Both the position numbers and the translations under genes were made by a program. DNA of 64,000 bases. It comes from Marispirochaeta sp. (GTDB lineage Bacteria > Spirochaetota > Spirochaetia > JC444 > Marispirochaetaceae). Below the pieces are notes generated by a model. It made no database searches. It was not told the DNA's origin and saw only the letters and a program-made list of their open reading frames with translations. Location of the stretch: the NCBI GenBank assembly GCA_963676835.2, contig CAXXFF010000004.1, positions 416,001-480,000 of the forward strand, in the 5' to 3' direction. Positions within the stretch are counted from its first letter, which is position 1, and the number at the start of each line of letters is the position of its first letter. Positions 43,144 to 51,800 of this stretch are shown piece by piece.

Positions 43144-44327
43144 GTTCACTCTCAGAGCTTATCAACAAGCGCGTTCCCCTGGCCTTTATGGGGGAACGCC
43201 TTTTTTTTGACCTCTCCCACGCCCTTTTTTCCAGCTACAAAATTGACGACGGCAGCCGGCTGCTGCTCAAAACCCTGGCAAAACAACTCGACCTTGAGAA
43301 AATAACCTCAATTGCAGATGTAGGATGCGGAGTTGGAACACTGGCGCTGGCCCTGAAGAAACGGTTCCCCGAAGCAACCCTGACCGCCCTGGACAGGGAC
43401 GCTCTGGCAGTAGCAATGACCCTGCATAATGCAGAACTCAATAAGGTTGCCCTGGAAACAGCCGAAACAGCCATGATGAACGAACTTGGCTTTCCGCCGG
43501 TGGATCTGATTGTTTCCAACATTCCCGCCAAGGCCGGGGCTCCTGTTCACCGGGCATTTCTTGACTCCCTGCACCGCATCCTCACCACTGACGGAACGGC
43601 AGCACTGGTAATTGTCACCCCTCTTGAGGAGAGTTTCCGGAGCATGATTATCTCCTCAGGACTCTCCATACGCTATGAGGAAAAAACCGCCAACCATCTG
43701 GTTCTACACCTGAAGGTACTGGAGAACCGGTCAGTAAAACCGGCAGATGCCGACGGCCCTCTGGGTACGGCCTTCAGAACAGCATGCAGCTGCAGCCTGG
43801 CTAAACGGGAATACTCCCTGGAATCCGTCTATGGACTGCCCGCCTTCGATACCCCGGCATACGGAACACAAACCGCGGCGGAGCTGGTTAAAAAAAGAAC
43901 AATTAACGGCAGAGTGCTCTTTATAAATCCCGGACAGGGACATCTTGCAGCCTGGGCTGCAGGACACGGACCTGAACCTGTTATCCTTGCCGGACGGGAT
44001 ATCCTTGAGCTGAAGGTTTCTTCACACAATGTTAAGCTGAACAGCCCTGAAGGCAGGGTTGAAACAGTCTGTACAGCCTGGCCCGGTGAACTGACCGGTC
44101 TTAAGAAACAATGCAGATGGGCGGTGGTGGATTACAGTCCAATACCTGAAGCTCCCCCGGAAATGGGGTTTCCGGAAATCGCGGAATGCCTTATTCCCGG
44201 AGGAAACCTGCTGGTCTTCGGCAGAAGTTCGGACATACATGCTCTGCTGAAAAAACTGTCCGGATTTGTAAATATCGAAAGCCGTAAATACCGCGGTTAC
44301 CGGGCATGCCTGCTCAAGAAAGAGTAA
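43140..44327 (+). CDS. Class I SAM methyltransferase, RsmC/MTS-like, two domains
   Basis: FSSYKIDDGSRLL, DVGCGVG and IVSNIP motifs; TTG start overlaps the efp stop. Confidence 0.8.
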   Translation: MSSLSELINKRVPLAFMGERLFFDLSHALFSSYKIDDGSRLLLKTLAKQLDLEKITSIADVGCGVGTLALALKKRFPEATLTALDRDALAVAMTLHNAELNKVALETAETAMMNELGFPPVDLIVSNIPAKAGAPVHRAFLDSLHRILTTDGTAALVIVTPLEESFRSMIISSGLSIRYEEKTANHLVLHLKVLENRSVKPADADGPLGTAFRTACSCSLAKREYSLESVYGLPAFDTPAYGTQTAAELVKKRTINGRVLFINPGQGHLAAWAAGHGPEPVILAGRDILELKVSSHNVKLNSPEGRVETVCTAWPGELTGLKKQCRWAVVDYSPIPEAPPEMGFPEIAECLIPGGNLLVFGRSSDIHALLKKLSGFVNIESRKYRGYRACLLKKE

Positions 44328-44383
44328 GAGGCACTTTAACCGCAGGCTCCGATATGATATATTAGTAAAGAGGTAAGCAAGAG

Positions 44384-44800
44384 ATGAGAATCACAACAAA
44401 GGGCAGATATGCGCTTCGGGCGGTATCACAACTGGCAGCCCATTATTCTGATAAACCGATTTCAATCCGCGAACTTGCAGAGATGGAAAACCTGTCCGCC
44501 GAGTTTCTGGAACAGATATTCTACAAGCTGCGTAAAGCGGGCATCATCAATTCTACCAGAGGTCCCGGCGGAGGATTCAGCCTGAATCACGCCCCGGAAG
44601 ACATCTCCGTCACCCAGATATTCGATGCCGTGGGAGAAGGTCTGGATATGGCTCCCTGTGCCGCCGAGAATCCCGAACCATGCGAGATGAATTCCTGTAT
44701 AACCCACAATATCTGGGTGGAAGCGTCCAACCATTTTAAAGAGTATTTCAGTAATATTTCGGTAAAAGATATCGTAGCGGCTAATCCGGCAAAGGTTTAA
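44384..44800 (+). CDS. Rrf2 family regulator (IscR-like, three Cys)
   Basis: TTKGRYALRA, LEQIF.KL, STRGPGGG and C-x7-C-x4-C. Confidence 0.92.
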   Translation: MRITTKGRYALRAVSQLAAHYSDKPISIRELAEMENLSAEFLEQIFYKLRKAGIINSTRGPGGGFSLNHAPEDISVTQIFDAVGEGLDMAPCAAENPEPCEMNSCITHNIWVEASNHFKEYFSNISVKDIVAANPAKV

Positions 44801-44828
44801 TCCCGCGCCGGTTTCCCGTAAACCTTCC

Positions 44829-46037
44829 CTACTTTTTTCCCCTGCTGTTCTCTTTTCCTTCTTTACGGATTTCCCGTATCTCACGAATGAGGGGCTCCAG
44901 CCCGGTTCGCAGATGAAGATCCCGCTGGGGAAAGGGAATCTCTATGCCCTCATCCTTGAAACGGCGCCATATTTCGAGGTTGTTCCACGAATGGGCTGAA
45001 TATTTGTCCGCCACATCGTTCAGCCAGGTAAGCAGAATCAGGGTTATCCCCGAATCGTCAAAGGAATCCACCCGGACATCCGGCTCGGGAACCTTCAATC
45101 CATAGGGATTCTGAAGCCCCACACCGACCATAACCTCGATTGCCTGATCCAGGTCCGTTTCATAACTCACCTGAACAGGATTACGCAGGATTATACGCCG
45201 GTCATCATAGCTGTAGTTGTAGACGGTGTTATCCGTCAAATGACGGTTCGGAACAATAATGGTCTCATAGGAGATGGTATTTATTACCGTGGAAAGAAGC
45301 CGGATACTGACAACGGTGCCCTCGTAAGGGTCAACCAGAATACGATCACCCTCCTTTATGGGCCGGGTAAAGATAATCACAATACCGGCAAAAACGTTGG
45401 CCACGATGTTCTGCAGACCGAAACCAAGACCAATACCGAGCACTCCGAACATAACCGTCAGGGCTGAAAGATCGATACCGATAACCGACAGGCCGATCAT
45501 GGTGGTAAGGATCATTACCGTATATCGGATCAGACTTGAAAGGGAAAATTTCTTCGACTCATCCAGCCCGACACGATTGAAGAGATACTGATCGGTGAAA
45601 CTTCTGGTAAGGTGCCCGGCTTTTCCGGAAAGATAAAAAACCGGAATCAGCAGCAGCAGAGTGAGGAGAGAAATCTTCGTTCCGCCGGAATCAATCAGCG
45701 GGGTGTTAATTACAGACTGAAGAAAACTGCCGTACTTGCTTATCTCCGCGCCAAGAAGCCTTAAGCCCAGGCTGACCAGCGCAACAAGCACCAGAAAACG
45801 GAAAATCAGGCGAATCCAGCGCTGTATTTTTACCCGGGTCTCCTCCTTCCATGGAGTACGGGCAAGTAGTTTGCCCAGTCCCAGATTAAGGGTTTTGTAA
45901 ACCACTATAACCAGGATAAAGGGCAGCACCAGCTCGAGAAGAAGCCCGAGCAGAGAGAAGGGAAACTCCAGTTCCCCGATATTTATGGGTGTAAGAAAAA
46001 TGCGTTTAAGAATGGCAATAAACTCATTCACCTGCAT
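44829..46037 (-). CDS. MscS family mechanosensitive channel
   Basis: GIGLGFGLQNIVAN, IIVPN and IEIPFPQRDLH motifs. Confidence 0.93.
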   Translation of the reverse strand: MQVNEFIAILKRIFLTPINIGELEFPFSLLGLLLELVLPFILVIVVYKTLNLGLGKLLARTPWKEETRVKIQRWIRLIFRFLVLVALVSLGLRLLGAEISKYGSFLQSVINTPLIDSGGTKISLLTLLLLIPVFYLSGKAGHLTRSFTDQYLFNRVGLDESKKFSLSSLIRYTVMILTTMIGLSVIGIDLSALTVMFGVLGIGLGFGLQNIVANVFAGIVIIFTRPIKEGDRILVDPYEGTVVSIRLLSTVINTISYETIIVPNRHLTDNTVYNYSYDDRRIILRNPVQVSYETDLDQAIEVMVGVGLQNPYGLKVPEPDVRVDSFDDSGITLILLTWLNDVADKYSAHSWNNLEIWRRFKDEGIEIPFPQRDLHLRTGLEPLIREIREIRKEGKENSRGKK

Positions 46038-46046
46038 ACGCCTGCT

Positions 46047-47480
46047 TTATTCTGCAATAAATGCCAGCAGCTCATCCAGTTTGGCCTGGTTGATTATTCC
46101 CCGGTCAAAAAGGAAGTGAAACAGATCTTCCGCTTTTGCATAAGCCGTAAGGTTGATATTGTTCTGCTCCATATCGCGGCGGCCCTGGGTACCTCTTTCG
46201 AGGAGAACAATCAGATCATCCACTTCCAGGCCTTCTCCCCGAAGTATCTCCACCGCTTCCAGCTTGCTCTTGCCGGTGGTAATCAGATCATCAACCATGA
46301 CAACCTTTTCTCCGGGCTTATAGGCGCCTTCGACACTGTTGCCGGTACCATGGCCCTTGGCATTCATACGGGGATAAATCATGGGAATATCCGTTTCCAG
46401 CGAGAGGGCCGTGGAAAAAGGAACTGCAGCAACCGGGATTCCGGCAACCCTGTCGATTTTGCCCTCCGGCAGCAGTGAAGCATAGGCCCGCGCAACCTGT
46501 CTCATAAGACGGGGAGATGATGAAATCCGCCGCAGATCGAGATAAAAGGGAGATACAATTCCGGATTTGAGGGTAAAGTTTCCCAGCCGGAAACAGCCGG
46601 TATCAACAAGCCCCTGAAAAATCTCATCCTTCCGGGGATCCCGGGATACCGCAGGCAGTTTTGACCCTACAGAAGCTTTTACAGCAGCTTCTCGTGCGGC
46701 ATTGATCGAGTCCCTGAACTCTTTTGCCGCTTTTGCGGGATCCGCAGCGGCACTGATCCCGCGGGCCACCATGGGAAGAAGCTTGGAACCGTCGGCGCCG
46801 ATTCCGGCTGCAACAGCATCTTCGACACTGCCGCCCTGAGCGCCGATGCCGGGTGCAAGAATCCAGACATGGGGATGGCGGCGGCGTACTGCAGTGAGGC
46901 TTGCCGGGTCATTTCCCGCAACCACAAGGCCGGCGCGGTCGGACCAGGAGGTGACCTCATCGGCTATACGCAAAAACAGGGGGTCACCTCCGCTGCTGCC
47001 CACAGACAGCTCCTGGATACGGCCCACCTCAGGATTAGAGGTGCGGCAGAGGAAAAAATAACCTTTGTCACCGTAGGCAAGCCAGGGGTCTGCCGAGGTT
47101 TTTCCCATATAGGGGCTCAAGGTAACCGCGCCGCCCTCGAGGAAATCAAAAATAAGCTTCGCGTAGGCTTCGGCGGTGGCACCGATGTCGCCCCGTTTGG
47201 CATCTATCATTACCGGTATTTCGTCGGGGATAAGCTCCAGAGTTTTCTGAAGTGCCTCCAGTCCGGAAGGTCCGTGGGATTCGTAAAAAGCGATATTGGG
47301 TTTGTAGCATGCAGTATATTCCGCTGTCTCGCCGATAAGCCGGCGGTTGATCTCTACAATTGATTCTGCAGCAGTGGCACCTGCCTCGACTCTGGGGTCA
47401 AGACCGACACAGAGAAGTGTTTTTGCTTTGGCTATACGCTCTTCAAGAGTGGTAAAAAAAGGGGCTTTGTTTTTGCTCAT
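46047..47480 (-). CDS. pyrF-pyrE: Fused OMP decarboxylase (N-terminal) and orotate phosphoribosyltransferase (C-terminal)
   Basis: LCVGLDP, DAKRGDIG and PGIGAQGG, then FTLKSG..SPFYLDLR and VDDLITTG. Confidence 0.93.
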   Translation of the reverse strand: MSKNKAPFFTTLEERIAKAKTLLCVGLDPRVEAGATAAESIVEINRRLIGETAEYTACYKPNIAFYESHGPSGLEALQKTLELIPDEIPVMIDAKRGDIGATAEAYAKLIFDFLEGGAVTLSPYMGKTSADPWLAYGDKGYFFLCRTSNPEVGRIQELSVGSSGGDPLFLRIADEVTSWSDRAGLVVAGNDPASLTAVRRRHPHVWILAPGIGAQGGSVEDAVAAGIGADGSKLLPMVARGISAAADPAKAAKEFRDSINAAREAAVKASVGSKLPAVSRDPRKDEIFQGLVDTGCFRLGNFTLKSGIVSPFYLDLRRISSSPRLMRQVARAYASLLPEGKIDRVAGIPVAAVPFSTALSLETDIPMIYPRMNAKGHGTGNSVEGAYKPGEKVVMVDDLITTGKSKLEAVEILRGEGLEVDDLIVLLERGTQGRRDMEQNNINLTAYAKAEDLFHFLFDRGIINQAKLDELLAFIAE

Positions 47481-47573
47481 CCCGGGACTTCCTCATCTCA
47501 CATGGCATGGGTTGTCGGACCTTACCATTGCCGGTGGTATTGGTCAAGATTAGCATACAATAGTCAGTGGGCG

Positions 47574-49370
47574 CTACCGTGACATCTCCGGACTTCCCTC
47601 ATTGAGCAGGTCATGAATGGACTGGGGATTTTCTTCAAACTCCACAAAACGCTTGATCCGTAGAAATACTTCCTGGTTTTCCAGAAAAATATCCACAATC
47701 TGAGGATCAAAATGGCGCCCCCGCTCTTTGCTGATCAACTCCACCGCCGTCTCATGGCTCATGGGCTTTTTATAGGGCCGTTCACTGGTAAGGGCATCAT
47801 ATACATCCGCCAAAGCAACTATACGGGCCGACAGGGGAATCTCCTGCCCCTTTTTGCCTTCAGGATAACCCTTGCCGTCCCAGCGTTCATGATGCGAGTA
47901 GGCAACCTCTTTGCCGATTGTCAGGAATGACTCCATCTTCATCTGGGCTTCCACTTCCCGCAGGGCTTCCCCGCCAAGTACCACATGTTCCTGGATCTTT
48001 TTATACTCCAGATCCGACAGTGGACCGTCCTTGAGCAGAACCTGATCCTCAATTCCAACCTTTCCCACATCATGGAGAATGGCGGAAATATACAGGTCTT
48101 CAAGGTACTCATCGGTAATATAGTCTTTATACTGGGGCAGCTCCCGGAGCTTAAGGGCCAGGATACGGGTAAACTCACGGATCCGCTCAAGATGCTTGCC
48201 GGTACTTTTATCCCGGTACTCAGTCAGCTTGGCAAAGCCCATTATGGCCGCCGCCTGGGTTTCCCGCAGACTGGAGATAGTCTCTTTCAGCTTGTGCTCA
48301 AGATTCCGACGTTCCGTAAGATCCTTTTCCACAATGGAATAGGCGACCAGCTCTCCGGAAGAGTCGGTTACCCTGGAGTAGATGGCATAGGTATACCGGA
48401 TTTCACCGTTGCTGCACTTTCTGGCCGCTTCCGGCTCTATATAGCGGCCGTCGTTTCGTTCGATAATGGAGGTCAGCCGGTTGAACGAAGGGGTATCCTT
48501 TCCCACCCGGAAGATGGAATCGTAATGCTGGCCGAGGATCTCCTCCCATTCGTAGCCGTAAATCTTTTCAGCAGCGCTGTTCATATTCAGAACCTGACCG
48601 TAGGGATCCACGATAATAATGGAAGAAAGGATTGTTTCAAAAAGGGTGGTAAAGTTTTTCTCCGAAAGAAGCAGCCGGGATTCGATATTCTTCACATAGG
48701 ATAAATCTTTAAGATGAGTAGTATATCCTGCCACGGTTCCATCGGGATTATGATTAAGCCAGGATGTTTCCATTACATGTTTGACCGTATCTCCTGGACA
48801 GCTCACGGTTGTTTCATAATCACGGCACATGGAATAGTTATTCAGACAGTCAAGCTTCTCCTGAAGCTCTTCGGTATCGGCATACATGGCCGTAACAGAT
48901 TCCGGTACCGACTGAAGGGAACAGCCGAAAAAATCACAGAATCCCGGATTTACCGTCAGAATCCTGCCCTGCATGTCTGCGGTAAAAAAGGCTTCCGGAA
49001 GATTGTTAAAAAGGTCATCGTAGAGTTCGCGGTAGCCACCGCTCTCCCCGGTTTCAGGCTTCTTTTCCGGCGAAAGAGCCACCAGAGTATAGGTCCCTGC
49101 CTGAGACTGAACGGAAAAGGAGTTGAGCAGAAACCTCTTCTCCACATTACTCACCGAGGGGATGGTTACAGGCTTCTTGGTCTCCTCCCCGGCAACAATG
49201 CCGAGATAGGAAAGAAACTCTTCTCTGCGGGTAAAGATATCCATACTGCGCCAGCCCGTAATTGAGAGAAGTATCTCGTTAAAAAAGAGGATTTCTTCGG
49301 AATCATCCAGAATAAGGAACCCTTCCGAAATTTCTTCTATTATCTTAATCAGAACACCGGAGAAAAAAAT
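47574..49370 (-). CDS. PAS-PAS-PAS-HD-GYP c-di-GMP phosphodiesterase; 5' end uncertain
   Basis: LHDVGK, HHERWDGKGYP and ADVYDAL motifs. The frame stays open upstream of ATG 49244 and encodes a PAS-like start. Confidence 0.85.
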   Translation of the reverse strand: MFFSGVLIKIIEEISEGFLILDDSEEILFFNEILLSITGWRSMDIFTRREEFLSYLGIVAGEETKKPVTIPSVSNVEKRFLLNSFSVQSQAGTYTLVALSPEKKPETGESGGYRELYDDLFNNLPEAFFTADMQGRILTVNPGFCDFFGCSLQSVPESVTAMYADTEELQEKLDCLNNYSMCRDYETTVSCPGDTVKHVMETSWLNHNPDGTVAGYTTHLKDLSYVKNIESRLLLSEKNFTTLFETILSSIIIVDPYGQVLNMNSAAEKIYGYEWEEILGQHYDSIFRVGKDTPSFNRLTSIIERNDGRYIEPEAARKCSNGEIRYTYAIYSRVTDSSGELVAYSIVEKDLTERRNLEHKLKETISSLRETQAAAIMGFAKLTEYRDKSTGKHLERIREFTRILALKLRELPQYKDYITDEYLEDLYISAILHDVGKVGIEDQVLLKDGPLSDLEYKKIQEHVVLGGEALREVEAQMKMESFLTIGKEVAYSHHERWDGKGYPEGKKGQEIPLSARIVALADVYDALTSERPYKKPMSHETAVELISKERGRHFDPQIVDIFLENQEVFLRIKRFVEFEENPQSIHDLLNEGSPEMSR

Positions 49371-49488
49371 AGCGCGCCTCCATACCCTTGGCTTCCCTTA
49401 TTATCGGTAAAGACGGACAGAACTCCACTCTTTTACTGATAGAGGAATTTGACTTGACCTGAAAAATAATGCGACTACAATAGTATAT

Positions 49489-50499
49489 GTGGATAGTCAA
49501 TTATATGTACAAATAGAAAATAAAAGTCTTATTCCATTCTTTGATCTCGAAAAGGATGTCAGCCGCAGCCTGACATTGACCACGATAAAAGACTACCAGC
49601 GCAAAGCTGTGGTAACCATCTACAGCCGCAATGCTGACGGTTCAAACCATAAGCTGAAACAGTTCAGCCTGGATCCCATTCCACCTGCACCCGCAGGGGA
49701 ACCGAAAATAGGGCTGAAAGCACGCAAGAGCGGCAAAAGAGCTGCAGATTTAACCCTGACACTTAACCGCAAGTATATGGCGGGAGGTACGGTAAAGGTC
49801 CCCGGAACATTTCCCTGGAAGGCCATACTTCTTGTCCTGCTGCTTCTTCTGCTGTTCGGCGGGGCGGTATGGGGAATAATGCAGCTTTTTACAAGTGCCG
49901 CAGCGCCGGACGCCACCTCCCGGGAAAAAGCAGGAGTTACTCAAACAGAAAGAGTCGCAGAAGCACCAGGAGAAGTAAAAGAAGTAAAACAGGAAGAGAC
50001 ACGCCAGGAGCCGGTAACACAGAAGACCCAGCCGGCCCCGCTGCCCTCTCCTTCACAGGCACAGGAATCTCCCGAAAAAACTCCTGCCCCGAAACAGCCG
50101 GAAATAACGACACCTCCTCCGGTTCCGGCAGCAGTACCAGAGCCGGAGCCGCTCATCCCGGCTCAACCGCTAAAGAAGATTATCTATTTTACACCGGACA
50201 GTGCATATCTCACCGCCGAAGCCAGAAACCAGCTGGATACAATTATTCCGGAGTTAAAAAAATACCCCGATGCAGGCATGGAAATTTCAGGTCATTGCGC
50301 TCCCCACGGAACGGAAAAGGGCAGACAGGAGCTCTCCAGCATGAGGGCTGAAGCTGTTGCCGCTTATCTGAGACAACACGGGCTGAAAGTAGACCGTGTA
50401 AGCGGCCTGGGCGCACGCTTCCCTGCCACCCGGGATCTGGAACAGCAGAACCTCAACCGCAGAGTTGAAATTTTACAACAGGACACTAAGAGGGAGTAG
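49489..50499 (+). CDS. Membrane protein: Hsp70-SBD-like N-domain, TM helix, Pro-rich linker, OmpA-like peptidoglycan-binding domain
   Basis: IYFTPDSAYL, GHC..LSSMRAEAV and NRRVEI motifs; TM segment AILLVLLLLLLFGGAVW. Confidence 0.85.
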   Translation: MDSQLYVQIENKSLIPFFDLEKDVSRSLTLTTIKDYQRKAVVTIYSRNADGSNHKLKQFSLDPIPPAPAGEPKIGLKARKSGKRAADLTLTLNRKYMAGGTVKVPGTFPWKAILLVLLLLLLFGGAVWGIMQLFTSAAAPDATSREKAGVTQTERVAEAPGEVKEVKQEETRQEPVTQKTQPAPLPSPSQAQESPEKTPAPKQPEITTPPPVPAAVPEPEPLIPAQPLKKIIYFTPDSAYLTAEARNQLDTIIPELKKYPDAGMEISGHCAPHGTEKGRQELSSMRAEAVAAYLRQHGLKVDRVSGLGARFPATRDLEQQNLNRRVEILQQDTKRE

Positions 50500-50503
50500 A
50501 AGC

Positions 50504-51757
50504 ATGACGAAAAACATCGGGTTTATCTCTTTCAGGATTTCCGGAACAGATGGAGTCTCTCTGGAGACAAAAAAATGGGCGGCCATACTGGAAAGAATGG
50601 GACACAAGTGCTTCTACATGGCAGGAGAGGTGGACACCCCCCCGGAAGCCTCCTATGTTGCCCTGGAAGCCCATTTCCATACACCCGAGATCAAGGATCT
50701 CTATGACGGATGCTTCAACAATACCCGACGTCCCCAGGCCCTCACCCGCAAACTTCACCTGTACCGAGAACGGCTGAAGGAAGAAATCTACGCCTTTATA
50801 AAAAAGTTCTCCATCGATGTGATGGTACCGGAAAATACCCTTACCATACCTCTGAATATTCCCCTGGGAATGGCCATTACCGAAGTAATCGCTGAAAGCG
50901 GCATTCCAACCATTGCCCATCATCATGATTTTTTCTGGGAACGGAAGCGGTTTCTGCGCAACTGTGTCTGGGATTATTTCAACTCCTGTTACCCACCCCA
51001 CCTGAATAATATCCAGCATGTAGTAATCAACTCCTCAGGGCAGAACCAGCTGGCCTTGAGAACAGGAATAAACTCAACCCTTATTCCCAATGTTATGGAT
51101 TACGCCACCCCTGCCCCGGGAATCGACGACTGGAACAGGGATGCCCGGAAAGCCTTTAAAATTGATGATGATGAACTGCTGATTTTACAGCCCACCCGGG
51201 TGGTGCAGCGCAAGGGAATAGAGCATGCCATCGAACTTGTGGCCCGGCTTGAACGAAAAGCGGCACTGGTAATATCCCATGCCTCGGGAGATGAAGGCTA
51301 CGAATACCAGAAGCGGGTTGAAGACTTTGCAAGCCTTATGAAAATACGGGCCATCTTTGTGGATGACCTTATCCGGGAGAGCAGGGAACACACCTCAGAT
51401 GGACGAAAAACCTACACCCTGTACGACGTCTATCCCCACGCGGATCTGGTAACCTATCCCTCAATTTTTGAAGGATTCGGCAATGCCTTTTTGGAGGCGG
51501 TCTACTTTAAACGCCCCATAATGGTAAACAACTACTCGATCTATTCCCATGACATAAAACCCAAGGGATTTGATGTTATCGAGATGGATGAGTTTCTTTC
51601 TGATGATATCGTAGACTACACCCGCAAGGTTCTGGATGATCCCGAAAGGATGGCGGCCATGGCGGAGAAAAACTACGAAATTGCCCGCAAGTTCTACAGC
51701 TATGAAATGGTCGAAGAAGCTCTGCACTTTCTGCTGAAAAACTTCTTCGGCCAGTAA
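50504..51757 (+). CDS. GT4 glycosyltransferase, MggS (mannosylglucosylglycerate synthase)-like
   Basis: GTDGVSLE, HHHDFFWER, QPTRVVQRKGIE and EGFGNAFLE motifs. Confidence 0.75.
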   Translation: MTKNIGFISFRISGTDGVSLETKKWAAILERMGHKCFYMAGEVDTPPEASYVALEAHFHTPEIKDLYDGCFNNTRRPQALTRKLHLYRERLKEEIYAFIKKFSIDVMVPENTLTIPLNIPLGMAITEVIAESGIPTIAHHHDFFWERKRFLRNCVWDYFNSCYPPHLNNIQHVVINSSGQNQLALRTGINSTLIPNVMDYATPAPGIDDWNRDARKAFKIDDDELLILQPTRVVQRKGIEHAIELVARLERKAALVISHASGDEGYEYQKRVEDFASLMKIRAIFVDDLIRESREHTSDGRKTYTLYDVYPHADLVTYPSIFEGFGNAFLEAVYFKRPIMVNNYSIYSHDIKPKGFDVIEMDEFLSDDIVDYTRKVLDDPERMAAMAEKNYEIARKFYSYEMVEEALHFLLKNFFGQ

Positions 51758-51800
51758 ACAACTAATAGCCGGGTCGCAGATAGAAAACAGACAGACCGGG

